From Dicyema japonicum (Eukaryota > Animalia > Dicyemida): a stretch of DNA of 64,000 nucleotides. This document shows, one piece after another, positions 1 through 13,385 of this stretch. The stretch lies in NCBI GenBank assembly GCA_011109175.1, contig RDEW01000044.1, positions 254,878-318,877 on the forward strand, given 5' to 3'. The number at the start of each line of letters is the position of its first letter. Positions within the stretch are counted from its first letter, which is position 1. The notes below the pieces were generated by a model. It saw only the letters and a list, made by a program, of their open reading frames with translations. It had not been told where the DNA came from and made no database searches. A program made the translations under genes and the position numbers.

Positions 1-397
1 CAATATAAATTTGAATTAATTAACACCAATTTATATCCCTGAAAAAAAAACGATCAAGTTTATTCATTTTTCTCCTTGAAATAAAATTAGGTCAATCGTT
101 AAAGTGAATTTAAATATACATTTGATGACTAAGATGCGATTGGTCTCCTAACATTTATATGGAACCAAATTTGGTTGCTATCTTTGAATACTGTCCTTAC
201 TCTTATAATCTGTAACCAGCAGGATCTGTGAGTTATGAAATATTCCTTAGTGATCCTGATGACTGATCTAATCTGAAATCGGATAAAGATATGTTTTTGA
301 AAAAGAAAGAGTTCCTTGAGAGCAATTTGGATGCGAGAAGGCCAGTCTCAACAGGGCTAGAAGTCATTCATCAAATGCTTGGTTGAATTTTATCTGT

Positions 398-887
398 GAT
401 GAAATTGACAACGTTCTGACGATGAGGCAATGAGAAAAGTAGCTTCACTTTATCTTGACCATAAAGTTTGTGCTAAATGAAAATATCATTGTGGACGTTA
501 GATGAGATGAAATTGGCAACGTTCTGACGATAAGGCAGTGAGAAAAGTAGCTTCACTTTGTCTTGACCATAAAGTTTGTGCTAAATGAAAATATCATTGT
601 GGACGTTAGATGATGGTTATCATCCTTTAAGCAGATGTATGGATGTCTCATAAATGCGGTCTCAATTTGACTTAATAATGCACTTTACTCTCCTGGCCAC
701 CACTAGTTTATTCCTTAGTAATGGAAAACGACCTAAGGGATATTCGACGATATTCACAATTGTCTGAAAATGGTTTGGGACGCTATGCATGTTAACACTA
801 GTTTATTCCTTAGTAATGGAAAACGCACCTAAGGGATGACGATATTCACAATTGTCTGAAAATGGTTTGGGACGCTATGCATGTTAA
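398..887. repeat. Two adjacent near-perfect tandem duplications (398-504/506-612 and 701-795/796-887)
   Basis: Direct sequence comparison; ~107 bp and ~92-95 bp units with a few mismatches or indels between copies. Confidence 0.9.
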
Positions 888-3800
888 AGTATATTTTCCG
901 AAAAATTTGGCTCCATCAGCCTAGGATCAAGTCCATTCATATATGGAGCCGATGATCAATAGGGTCACTAATGATCTCGAGAAACTAGATGGGTTCGAGA
1001 TCGTATTTTGCAATGTGAATAGCTTGGTGATTTAAGTCATATAATATAAAAATTATTTTTACCAATCAAAGTTATGAATTCGATGTACAGTTATTTTAAA
1101 ATATCTTGGACCATACATCAGGGAGAATTTTATCTCTCGTTAACTAGATGTTTTCGGTTTCTGATTTTTTTCTACCAATATGCACTAGTATAAAATGTGG
1201 AATTGGGCCTATTCTCGGGACAGCGTTTTCTCTTAGTTTCTAGAAAGATTGTTGTCGATTTGTGATTGAATATAATTAAGCAGAGTTGTCTCCTTCACAC
1301 ATGATAACGAGATAGTAAGGTGTCTTCTACTATTCAATAAGTATGGTATTCGCCACAACAGAAAGTAGCGGATTTATAAGGTACAATCTGTAGTAGAGAA
1401 CACCAGAATCAAATCAAGGTAGACAGTGTTATCAGATCTCGGTGCTAGCCAACGACTGCAAGCAATACATTGTGGTACACGACTACATCTTGAAATTGAC
1501 CTTAAAGATTCTCAACCAAAAAACGCTGAAACAGTGCCCGGTAGCGCTATTTCGGATATATAATAAACGTTTTACATCAATTGTCATTACGGCCTGCGAT
1601 GTGTTTGATATTCCATCCACTTTTCCTCATTCTGTTAAATTAAAAACTTCACGACATTAATAATATTATTAAATCATATGTCAGGTAGTTTTTCCATTAT
1701 TTTATAAGAAAATTTTTAAAATGATCAATACCTGAATTAATCAATGAATCAAAATATATTTATTCTACTCGATCTGAGAATTCTATTTTTTTGAGAATTA
1801 TGCTCCATATTTGGCTCTGATTCTCGGCTTCCAAATATGATAAAGTGAATTAAACAGAGGGTATGCTGTATTTGACTATTCTAAGATGAACTCGAAGGTT
1901 AATCTTGCATTTACTTTAGGGATTTAAGATTAAACGACGAGGAGAGTAACAGTTGGTAAAGAATTTTTCAGTCCTTAGTTCTTGGATGAAGATAATATTG
2001 AATCTGCTTATAATAATTATTCCTGGAAATTTTGTACTCTAATAGAACTTTTCAGATAGACTGAATTGTTCGAATATCCATGTCACGTGCTCTGGAAAGT
2101 TATGGAAAACAAAAAATAAATAATTACAGAAGCTTAGTACATTTTTTTAAATTGTTAGATCTCTTCTGTCCCGTGGTGGTTACGATTCCTATGGTGGTTA
2201 CGAGTCCTATGCTGGTTACATGTCACCTTTCAATCGTAGTCAGATGCCATACTTAATGTGACTTTAATCATTTTTACTCATGTTGGAAATATATAATATA
2301 TTTGCCGTTAAATATTCAACATGTGCTTTTATGCAATACCAAATCATCCTCAATTACAAATAATTAAATAATAGTTTAATTTTTTCATGGGATCATAGAA
2401 AGGTTTCACCAAACTTCGACAATAAAATTTTCAATCAACTAAAAACAGTAAATATTAATTAAAGATAGTTTGTATATTACGATTCATTCGCTATAAATGA
2501 AAATCCATTTTTAAAATTTAGAGGAGTTTTTGGAATAAACACAGTCATTCGTCAGTATAAAAGTTCATTATTTTTTAAATTCATAAAAAGTGAGAGTTCG
2601 GATAATGTTTCTCCACGATCATCAGATGATCTTAACGTTGAACATATTTCAAATGTTTCAGGTAATTATTGTATAATGCATGCTTGAAAACTTAGATGCA
2701 GATTATTTTTATCTGAATTTTTTCCGTCAAATCTAAATTCAGCTTATTTTAAGAGGATGAACAAAAGAATTTATATTCATAAATCAAAACATTATCTTTC
2801 ACTTGGAAGTGAGGTGTTATATTGAATAATTTTAGATACGAATCTTAAAGGATTATGGGACTAATCCAGGGCTAAAGGTACACAGATTTGAATCTCCACA
2901 TGAAGAATCAAGTGAAATTACTCAAATTTTGTCGGACAACCTAATAGATGTTTGTTCAAAATTGTTATAACAGATTAATTCACTTTCACGAGAATTAAAA
3001 ATAGTCAACTTGATTCATGTCAAGAAAATATAGACTTCAAAAAATACAAATTCTTTGATTTTTGATTAGAATCCGATTAAATATTTATTGAATGACAGGT
3101 GACATGTAACCAGCACAGAATGGTTGACCCATGCTGGACTCGACAATTTCAAGTGATTCTGACATTAGGAATGTTATTGGTTGGAATTAATATATTGGCC
3201 GTTTTTAATAATTCCGGCCTTTTTACATGGAGTAGTTGTATTGATAATTTAGATTCACAATTTCGTCCCTAGAATCAGCCATCCTCATTGACTTCAGAAT
3301 AAACTGTTGCAAATATATAACTGTTATTTTCATGTTATTTTGTTCTTTTTGCAGTGAATGCACAACAATACTTAAAATCTGTATAGTTTAAGCACATTTG
3401 CAGTATTTCTTTTTGACGACATTAAAAAGCATTGTGAATGCACTTCCGTATCCTTATGAAATATTTATAATCTAAATGTTTTTTAAATGTCTCGCTGCCA
3501 TCTTCACACTGCTGTAATCATCATATTTTATAGTTTTTCATAGTGCTTTCGTTATGATGTTTTATAGTGTCAAAGGAATTTTCTAAGCAACTTCGAATTG
3601 CTGATTTATTTGTTTCGTTCCAGGCTAATTTTCACAATCTGTTGTCAAAAATGAATTTATGGAGATTCCTGTAAAAACGATTATCAGTACGGATACGGCT
3701 GTACGAATAACAAACCTTACACTAATCATAACGGAAAACCAATGAATGCTCTTCAATTGTTTTTTTCTTTTGTTTTCTTAAAACTCCATCAATCAGATTC

Positions 3801-4559
3801 GAACCCACGACATTCATATTGGATGTGATCATACGTTTAGTTCAGTCAAAGTAGTTAAGACAACAAGAGGAATAAGAGGGAAATAGCTTTTTTCATAAAA
3901 AAACTGACACTTAGATACACTAAAAGCCACGACGCACGATGGCTTTTCCAGTTGATCTTTGTTGCGATTGTGAGAGGCAGCGTAACGTCGATTATGTCGA
4001 CGGGGATCATTTTGGTTGGGTTTTGTGCTTTTCAGAAATATATTAATGAAATAAACTCTTGCCAATATTTCTCAAACTCAACAATACCTACAATGCATTT
4101 GTTAGTAACCGGCCAACTGATTGACTTTATTATTATTATTATTATTATCAAAAGTACCTTCACAGAACCAAAGAACGTTATATTAACAAAAATCCCGTTT
4201 GTGATACTCGTTTCAAAATCTGCTTCTCGGCGTCTCCATCGACATCTGCTGTGAGCATCTGTCTGAAGATCTTTTAGGTCTTCTGCAGATTTAGGTTTTC
4301 TTCCAATTCCATTTTTATTTTATTTCATAAATTAAAAAATTGAAAAAAACGTTCGAATTTGTTTTAGAAGAAAATGACCCTGAGTCAGAGCAAAATTTTT
4401 ATAATGAAATTGAGGCTGAATTTGTAACTAAAACCATTGATAACATAAATAAAGTTGAGGAAAACATTTGAATATGTTACCGGATTGTCTTAAGAGATTT
4501 TATGATTTTAGATCCATTCCATGGTTGTTTGTAGTGAAAATGCTTACTAGTTCACAAAG

Positions 4560-5816
4560 ATTTTCTTCATTGATCGCGGGTAGTCTTGCATTTAAAGAGG
4601 TTTTGTAGTAAATTGAAGTTCCTGTTGATGATCAGAGAGAAAATTATTATCCTCAACATGCCTTGATAGAAGATTGAAAACAATTTTTTCCATAACTTTC
4701 GATATTGAGTAGACTAGGCTAATTGACCTATAACTATCTGCTTTTGACCTTGGCTTTCCTTTTTCACAACCATGCGTACAATTGTTCGTTTCCAATAAGC
4801 TGGAACATGACCAAAACTCCAAGAAGAATTATATAATATTTTTAGGCACTCAATCAAAATTGAGCCTGCGTTCTTAAAAATACTCATTGGGATAAAATCC
4901 CATCCTGGTGCTTTATTTTTGCAACCCTTAATTGCAGCATTTATTTCTTCCAGCGTTATAGGATGTCACAAGGAACCACTCAATTTCGACTTTTCTTTAT
5001 AACTACTTCTTGTATCTTGTACTTCTATCGGAATAAAAGATGCCGGATCTATCTCTTGAATTTTGGACAATTGTCGACGTAAAACATTTGGAATTTCTTC
5101 TTTTGAAATAGTGAGACCATCATCTGACTTGAGAGATATTTCTTCATTCTTATGACTGGGAGAATTCATTCTTGCATATAGTTTCCAAAATGGGTTCTGT
5201 CGACGTAACTTTGAACATTCTCTTTTCCATACTTTTTCTTCATTCTTCTTTACAACATCCATTATTTTCTTCTTCACTAACTTGATCTGCATTTTAAGTT
5301 CTTGAGAGTCGAAGATATCCCAACACCTCTTTAATTTATTTTCTAACTTATTCTTCTCCTGACGCAAAGAGCGTTCTTCTACTCCTATTATCATATTTTC
5401 CTGCGGCAACAGATTTTTTCTTTTTCCATAATTTTCCAGATAACTTAACAACAAAGATCTTATTTTGTTATCCAGAATGTCGATATCTTCCGGTTTCGAA
5501 ATCCCCAAATCACAAACATTACCAATTTTCAGCCTGATGTAGAAATTGAAGTAATTCCAATCAATTTTGCTGACATCATATCCAACGAATAACTGTCGTG
5601 TGTAAACCGGACCAGTTTTTAATTCAATCGTTTGTGTGATGTGGTCACTTCCTATGTCATTTTCGATATATGGAGGATCACACATTTCACTCATCGTCAG
5701 AGGCATTATGAACAAACCAAGTTTATCACCACTATAAGTTGCATAGTGATTTATTTCTGCTGACGTCAAAATTTTCAATTCTCCTGATTCCATCCACTTT
5801 ATAAGACATTTTCCAT
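4560..5816 (-). mobile_element. Degenerate non-LTR retrotransposon (Jockey/I-like): APE C-terminus, linker and RT N-terminus
   Basis: ORF 4966-5793 has IGSDH and IDWNYF (APE end). Downstream frames read NKAPGWDFIP and YRSISLVYSISKVMEKIV (RT motifs). Truncated by the gap at 5817. Confidence 0.85.
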
Positions 5817-6783
5817 NNNNNNNNNNNNNNNNNNNNNNNNNNNNNNNNNNNNNNNNNNNNNNNNNNNNNNNNNNNNNNNNNNNNNNNNNNNNNNNNNNNN
5901 NNNNNNNNNNNNNNNNNNNNNNNNNNNNNNNNNNNNNNNNNNNNNNNNNNNNNNNNNNNNNNNNNNNNNNNNNNNNNNNNNNNNNNNNNNNNNNNNNNNN
6001 NNNNNNNNNNNNNNNNNNNNNNNNNNNNNNNNNNNNNNNNNNNNNNNNNNNNNNNNNNNNNNNNNNNNNNNNNNNNNNNNNNNNNNNNNNNNNNNNNNNN
6101 NNNNNNNNNNNNNNNNNNNNNNNNNNNNNNNNNNNNNNNNNNNNNNNNNNNNNNNNNNNNNNNNNNNNNNNNNNNNNNNNNNNNNNNNNNNNNNNNNNNN
6201 NNNNNNNNNNNNNNNNNNNNNNNNNNNNNNNNNNNNNNNNNNNNNNNNNNNNNNNNNNNNNNNNNNNNNNNNNNNNNNNNNNNNNNNNNNNNNNNNNNNN
6301 NNNNNNNNNNNNNNNNNNNNNNNNNNNNNNNNNNNNNNNNNNNNNNNNNNNNNNNNNNNNNNNNNNNNNNNNNNNNNNNNNNNNNNNNNNNNNNNNNNNN
6401 NNNNNNNNNNNNNNNNNNNNNNNNNNNNNNNNNNNNNNNNNNNNNNNNNNNNNNNNNNNNNNNNNNNNNNNNNNNNNNNNNNNNNNNNNNNNNNNNNNNN
6501 NNNNNNNNNNNNNNNNNNNNNNNNNNNNNNNNNNNNNNNNNNNNNNNNNNNNNNNNNNNNNNNNNNNNNNNNNNNNNNNNNNNNNNNNNNNNNNNNNNNN
6601 NNNNNNNNNNNNNNNNNNNNNNNNNNNNNNNNNNNNNNNNNNNNNNNNNNNNNNNNNNNNNNNNNNNNNNNNNNNNNNNNNNNNNNNNNNNNNNNNNNNN
6701 NNNNNNNNNNNNNNNNNNNNNNNNNNNNNNNNNNNNNNNNNNNNNNNNNNNNNNNNNNNNNNNNNNNNNNNNNNNNNNNNNNN
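5817..6783. other. Assembly gap (N run)
   Basis: N characters. Confidence 1.
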
Positions 6784-6804
6784 TCAAGATGCTTCAAGAA
6801 TCAT

Positions 6805-7110
6805 ATGGATAAATTATCTATTGAAGAATCAACGAGGACTTACATCCAATCGGTTGTACTGAAGAGAACCCTCGAAAGTATGCTCATTGAACATAAGCAT
6901 GGGATGAAGGTATACGATGAAGAGTACGCCTCTGCTACCTCCCAACTTGTGGAACTAGCATGCCGTGAAGACAGCCCACTGGACTCAAACGGAGATATTT
7001 TGACTGAATCTGATGTGGAGATGCGGAGTAACAGGGAGGTTATGGCACACTCTTCTTCTAAGAGAAGAAGAGGGATTACCAACAATCTGGATCAAAATAC
7101 GCTTAATTAA
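6805..7110 (+). CDS. Unidentified ORF end (101 aa) with basic C-terminus, followed by (TTAA)n; possibly part of a repeat element
   Basis: Open frame right after the gap, ending KRRRGITNNLDQNTLN. 6964-7131 is exactly duplicated at 7132-7299. No family recognised. Confidence 0.3.
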   Translation: MDKLSIEESTRTYIQSVVLKRTLESMLIEHKHGMKVYDEEYASATSQLVELACREDSPLDSNGDILTESDVEMRSNREVMAHSSSKRRRGITNNLDQNTLN

Positions 7111-7611
7111 TTAATTAGTTAATTTATTCGTCGTGAAGACAGCCCACTGGACTCAAACGGAGATATTTTGACTGAATCTGATGTGGAGATGCGGAGTAAC
7201 AGGGAGGTTATGGCACACTCTTCTTCTAAGAGAAGAAGAGGGATTACCAACAATCTGGATCAAAATACGCTTAATTAATTAATTAGTTAATTTATTCGTT
7301 ATTATTTGATTAAATTAATATATTAATATTAAAAATTAATAAGAGAATTTTAGAAAAAAATTAGAAGTCAATCTAATTAGAGTTCGAATTCGTATTTTGT
7401 GAATAAAATAAACTTTATGAATGTATAGAAACAACTGATGCTCTATTTCACCCTAAACCATTATTTAATTAACCCTAACACATTTTCTAATTCAAACTAA
7501 CTGCTAATTAGTCTAGTCCAATCTCTAATACAACATAATTAATTCTCTAATTTTCCCTAACGCATCTTCTCATTTCCATAATCCATTCTCTAATTCAACT
7601 TAATTAATCCA

Positions 7612-7860
7612 AAAATAGGGGACCGATGCCAAAATCTCCATTTTGGTCCCATACTACGTTTAACATGTTTTTGGACGAAATTAAATAAATTCGTTTTTTC
7701 TTTAAAATCGGGGACAGATGTCAAGGTCTCCCATTTTTGTCCCATACTATGTCGAACGTTTTTGGAAAAAATTAAAAAGTTAGTTATTCTTTTAACAATC
7801 GGGACCGATGTCAAGGTCTCTCATCATTGTCCCACACTACGTCGAACATTCCTCCGAAAA
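7612..7860. repeat. Three diverged ~90-92 bp tandem units, each with a GGGAC...GTCCC stem
   Basis: Stems start at 7619, 7711 and 7801; units share gatg(t/c)caa...gtccca(t/c)acta. Confidence 0.85.
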
Positions 7861-7999
7861 GAAGCCGGTTAACATTTGTGTTAGAATGAAAAGTAAGACT
7901 AATCAGCCCGGACGTGATACTATACGACATTTAATAATAATTAAATGAAAAAAATTAATATTTTACATAAAAAAATTGACCTAATAAAATTTAGATTAA

Positions 8000-9170
8000 A
8001 TGAAAAGAACTATTCATTTTATCATTTTTATTTTGTTAAACAAAATCGTCAAAATAGCTTGCGGTAGAAGATATATCTTAATTGATTCATATATAATTTA
8101 TAAGAATCCTTCTAAAGTATATTTTATGATAACTTTTGGAATATCATTTATTGCAGTTAAGTAAGGATCTAAATATCGATGGCACTACTGGTGAGTACAT
8201 TTTATCTGATAAAAATATAGATTTTGAACTCATTCCAGACTTTTACAATGACTTTTATAACATTGACTTAATAACAGAAATTGTATATGGTATGTTTTTC
8301 GTTGTTCTTAAGATGGTAAGCGTTATGTTAATGTCACAACGATTCCTAAAACCAAATTTGGGGATTACTACCTAGTAGTTATACTCATATTATTTTTTCG
8401 AATCAATTATTTATCATAATTTATTCAAACAAGTTGCAATATCACGATGATGGCATTTTGTATTGCTTTACTGGAAAAGGTTTTAATTAAAATTTATTTA
8501 GCTAATGACTGTAACCCAAATAACGACCCAAATACGGCGATTTGGTTTTTATTTAACAAAAAGAGAATCAGAGGAGTAATAAGTGGAAATATCAAAATAT
8601 CATATATTGACAATAACAAAATTGTACACATGAGCATTGATTCCTAGATAACGTTTGAGCAATTAAATGATCATCACAATAATATTTTAACAAGTGTTTA
8701 TGGAAACCACATATATATATTGGATGTTGTAAAATCTAAATTGTTTATTACGGAAGATAAACTAGATGATGGTGTTGAGCATAAAAAAGTTAAATGCGTT
8801 TTACTTGAAAAGCAATTTAAATAAAATTAAAATGAGAGGATATTATCAATCTGGATTCATTTCAAAAAAGTATAAAAATGTGACTATCGAAATTTCATCT
8901 CTTAAATTAAAATTTTTCCGCAATGATCTGAGTTTTGAATTTATTGGAGATGCTAAATAAATCCGGTTGAAATTTAGATTAAGGATGCTTTAAAGAACTA
9001 ATTTTGTCTGAAAGTAAAGCCGTAAAAAATATACGTAACATCGAATAATTGGAATCTTGTTTGGAGTTGTTGCAATAATATTCACGTGTGTTATTCTCCC
9101 TATTTTTATCAAACCAAAATCAAATGTTGAAATACAGGAAAGCATTCCATTAAGCTTTGTAAATAACTAA
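8000..9170 (+). pseudogene. Pseudogene of a LAMP-like type I membrane protein (paralogue of 23018-24483)
   Basis: Collinear with the 23 kb copy: signal peptide MKRTIHFIIFILL and TM RIIGILFGVVAIIFTCVILPIF. Lesions: first acceptor AG>TG, 1-nt deletion near 8370, CAA>TAA plus an extra A near 8820, donor GT>CT near 8952, GAA>TAA near 8979. Confidence 0.75.
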
Positions 9171-11109
9171 TAATTATTTGTCAATTTGTTTCAAGTTATT
9201 GGAATTTATATATTTATTGATTATTTGAATTACAGTCTATTTTCTTAAATTAAACAAAAATTTAATTTTGTCAATTTTAACGAAAGTATACCAAAAATCC
9301 CAGATGTTTTCATAATTATGACAAAGATGCGCCTAAAAAGGCTCCCTCAAGTGGATTCGGAGTAGCCTTGGATACTATGCCGCTGTGCATTAAATTCGAA
9401 TGTTTCAAATGGAGTAAGTATGGGAATATGTAGCTCTATTCGCCTGACTGGAGCATTTCAGGTAAAAGATAACCTCTTTTTTTCATTGCTTTTTCAAGAA
9501 TGTAGGTGCAAGTATTTCATTGGTAGAATTTATGTGGAGTCATAGCCACTTTTTTTGTCCTGTTGCTGATAGTGAGTTTTAATTATTAATAAATAGTTAA
9601 TTGGCAAGTTGAGACTGGCTGCCATATACAATTTAGTTGCTGGTTTAATAGGTCTCCTAAGACTGTGTGTAAAAGGATAATGTTCGCAACTACTGAATCC
9701 TCTGATGAGGTTAAAATTTCATTGAAGATAAAATTCATCGTAGACCTCAAACGACTGATCATTGTTTTTAAATGGAATTTAATATATAAAAAGTTTATTC
9801 CCACAATATTATCTATATACTTGTTTACGTAGTCACTTTGTATACCAATTAATTATGAGGACTTTTACTTCACAAAATCCCGATATACGCCTCAAAATGT
9901 GCTCATTCGTTATTTTTAAAATTTCAGCCATATGGGATTCAAGCTAGTTTGCCATAAGAATTTGTAAAGTTATCTCCTAATCAACGAATAAGTAAATTCA
10001 TACTTAGGATGACTTATTCATAGATACTAATTTTTTTCTATTTTTCACTTAATAGAAATACTAAATGAATTATTATAAAAAACATAAAAATCAACATTTC
10101 GGAAAATTTCTATATGAAATTAGAAAATATTGGTTTTTATCAATCTTCTACAAATCGAAAATTAATATGATTGTGGTAGCTAATTTTTTAGATTTCTAAT
10201 TATTTTAATAACTCAAATACCTAAAAGCGTTGACACCAACCCAACTTTTTGAATGTCTTGAATTGCTACAATGTTCGTCTAAAATGTCAAGAATGACCAA
10301 TCTATGAATGGGACAGGTATTTGATACGTCCGCTTGCATCCCTTTAATGAATCACGTCTTTTTCAAGAATCCACTATCCTGGGAACTTTACACATGAGTA
10401 GGGATACACTTTAAATGACGATTAGGAATTGGGGGTATCATAACCGAGCAAAAAACTTCGACATGATAAGTGACGGTTTGGAATTCAAATTCACAGAAAA
10501 TCTTGACACGAACGATAGCATTAACCACTACACTGGTTGTTTATGAGGATAATGGTTTGCCTGCCAAAAAAAAATTAACATTCTCAAAGACTAACTGAGG
10601 TCTTTTAGCCGTGATACGTTGGTTTTTCTGATCTCTCAAAAGTAGTTACCTGTCGACCAAACCACTGCAAGGGTTCATAGCAGATCGGGAAGAAACAATT
10701 TTCAAAACTAAGTATTTTTAATTTTCCGACAAAATCTATAATCTAATGAAACTGGATTATTATATAAATTCATTCTATTAAAAACTTCTGCAGAAACCGA
10801 TTCCAAAATTATAAAAATTTTAAAAATCGTCTCATAAGTATCTTCGCTTAAATATGACCGGAGCACATGAGTTTAGACCGGTGATGATTGCGAAAACAAA
10901 TTTTACTGTTATTGATCACTGCCAGGTTCATTGTTTTCCGGCAAACTTGGAGTGTATAAAATAAATATTTCTTCCTAAAAATTATTAAATTAGTTTAACA
11001 CATGGATATTGGCATTATTAAATATGACTCATTTTACCATTGCAAGCTACTTTATTTGACAGACTTTTTTTAAAGTGAAAAATTTATTAACTACAAAATA
11101 TTATTTATT

Positions 11110-11330
11110 AACTATGGAAGAAAGCGGCTGCTGACATCACGGAGTAATTGTTTCCGCGGTCAACTGCGAGTGAACTATAATCAGAAAACATTAGAGCTGT
11201 AGATGAAAAGATGTTACAGTCAGGTTAACTGCAATAGATAAGGGATTCTTATTTAGTGTTGAGATTGAGCATAGTATTGCTTATATCTTCAGTAAGAAAG
11301 TACAAAGAAAATGTTATCTTAGCAAAGACA
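11110..11330 (+). mobile_element. Possible mariner transposase HTH relic
   Basis: Stop-riddled reading RSTA...ENIRAVDEKMLQ...LRLSI resembles the mariner RPST..ENI.AV...I..DRR motif; short and degenerate. Confidence 0.35.
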
Positions 11331-12183
11331 GCTATATAAGATTTTATTTAAATATGTTTTTTTGTTCATTTAAACATTTTTCTGAAAATTTTTTGTTAAT
11401 AATTATTGTTTTATTTTTTAAAATTGGCACGAAATTCTAATGACCAAAAAATTGACAATTTGCAAAGATTCACTACGTTTTCCGTTGAGCATCTTGTTTT
11501 TTGAAAGTATAACAACTTTAAATAATTGACTATTCAACTGCTGAACGTCTCAAAATGTAAATAATGCTGATCACGGATGAGACTAAGTAACTTTGCCCAA
11601 GCGTTTCGGTGGTCTCTGAATACATTCTCCTTAACGGATTTAGCCCACCCTGTATACCATTCTTCCTTGAACTCCATTCGAGGACTGGTCAAGATGATTC
11701 TCAAATACAGAATCATCATTGACCATCGATCCAGAGTATCGGGCAGTTAAGTCGTTGGAGCAGAAAGACTTTTATGAAATCACGTGAAAATATTTCGAGA
11801 GGCTGTTGAGGGTCTAAATCAGGGTTACTTAAAGTTGGTGATATCAAAGATGGCGTTTATTAGTAAAGCATACATTAGGGGTGTTTTTAATTTCAAGAGA
11901 ATAATAATAAATTATTCGTAAAATTTACATTATACATTTTATTAATATAATTTTTTTTGACACAACGAAACCAATTTTTTTAAAACACTTTTTGGTTTTG
12001 TCTTAGCAATAACGCTTCTAGTAAATCTTTTTTTTCTGGTAAACATTTCTCCCAGTTCGCGCAAAAATAATATAATAGAATTTCAGTATGGTGAACCTGT
12101 AATAAAAAATTGGTACTAGCGTACTTGCGGTGTTTTTGTATAATTCAACCATTATTTTTTGCGCTAAAGCGTGAAACTATAGA

Positions 12184-13385
12184 TAGGGGAAATCAATGTT
12201 CGCTAAAGTTCATGAAATTCTCTGTCTTACAGATGTGCCATTAACAAATATAGTTGATGTGCAACTGATGGGGCACCTTGAATAATTGGTCACTATCGCG
12301 GTTTTATGGCATATTTGGTCGTCTACATGACTATCTCAATACAGTTATTTCTGTTATTAACAAAATTAAATCTAACTGTTTAAATTCACGTCTTTGTCGG
12401 ATTTTCCCTTTTTTCAGCACTGTTGTAGAATTTCTCAAATCTTTAAAAAATGGCCCGGAACTAGAATCCGTTAAACATGATGTGGCTTACTTAGGATATT
12501 TTTGATAAATTTAATGAACTTAATGTTAAATTACAATTTTCTAATATTAATCAAATGGCTAGTGGAATGAACGGGAAGAAGCAATTTGATGAAGAAGTGC
12601 GCAATACTCTATGTTCATATGGATTTAAGAAATCGAAGAGGGGAGAATTTGAGAGAATTGCTTCCTATGTCCGTGATCAAATCAAGATAAGTGAGAAGAA
12701 ATTGAGAATTTATNACGAAAACACACCTATACTGACAATTGCGTTGGCCCCAAGAAGGGGAGATTAGCTAATTAATTAATTACCTGTGACTCGTTGTTTG
12801 ATTAAGATAAAAACATAATTCTGTTTTTGCATGTCACTTATTTTTGCTTTCATTTCGAAACTACCTTTATTTTGTAAAAATATTGGTAGGAAAGAATTAG
12901 TCCAAGTTTCACGTTTCAACGGTATTAAAAACTTCCATTCTGCAGATGAATTCGAATTTTATATTGAACGTTTGATCGCTTTTGAACAAGATATTAAGAA
13001 ACGTTTAAAAGATATATGTGAACTCAATATTCCAGATTTGGTGATAGACCTTCAGAATGTAGATGACGTTGAATCTAGTTGTCAAAAGGAACTAATTATG
13101 TTAAAAAACGATTTTAAAATTAAACCCACTTTTAAACACTTGTTGTATCAAGATTTTTGGTTAAAAAAATATTCCTAAAAAATATCCTATTTTATGGATA
13201 AAATTCAAAATTGTTTTTTATTGCTATCCCCACTTCTTAATTTATTGAGAGAGGTTTCAGTATTGTATCACAGCTAATTACCAAAAATAGAAACCGTTCG
13301 GACGTTGTTAAAACAGGAGATCTACGAATTAGGCACACAAACATGAACCCAAATATTGAGAAACTTGTGTTCAACTTTTTGAAAC
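12184..13385 (+). mobile_element. hAT (Buster/Charlie, SCAND3/ZBED8-like) transposase relic, interrupted at ~12537-12785
   Basis: PLTNI..TDGAP, LNTVISVINKIKSNCLNSRL, ELNIPDLVID, YQDFWLKK.YPILW, ERGFSIVSQLITKNRNR, GDLR; multiple frameshifts. Confidence 0.85.

Noticed and set aside
1200-1660. Possible RT relic (YGIRHNRK; LNQKTLKQCPVALFRI)
   Set aside because: Too degenerate to support a call.
3600-4254. Hydrophobic ORF 3952-4254 as a third LAMP-like or membrane gene
   Set aside because: No alignable similarity to the two paralogues and no consistent spliced model.
5732-6797. Long ORFs in the track spanning N runs (also 21136-21966, 39003-39534, 60640-61947)
   Set aside because: They are mostly X; the length comes from assembly gaps.
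7612-7860. CRISPR-like or regularly spaced repeat array
   Set aside because: Whole units are homologous (no unique spacers), there are only three copies, the context is eukaryotic and no cas genes are present.
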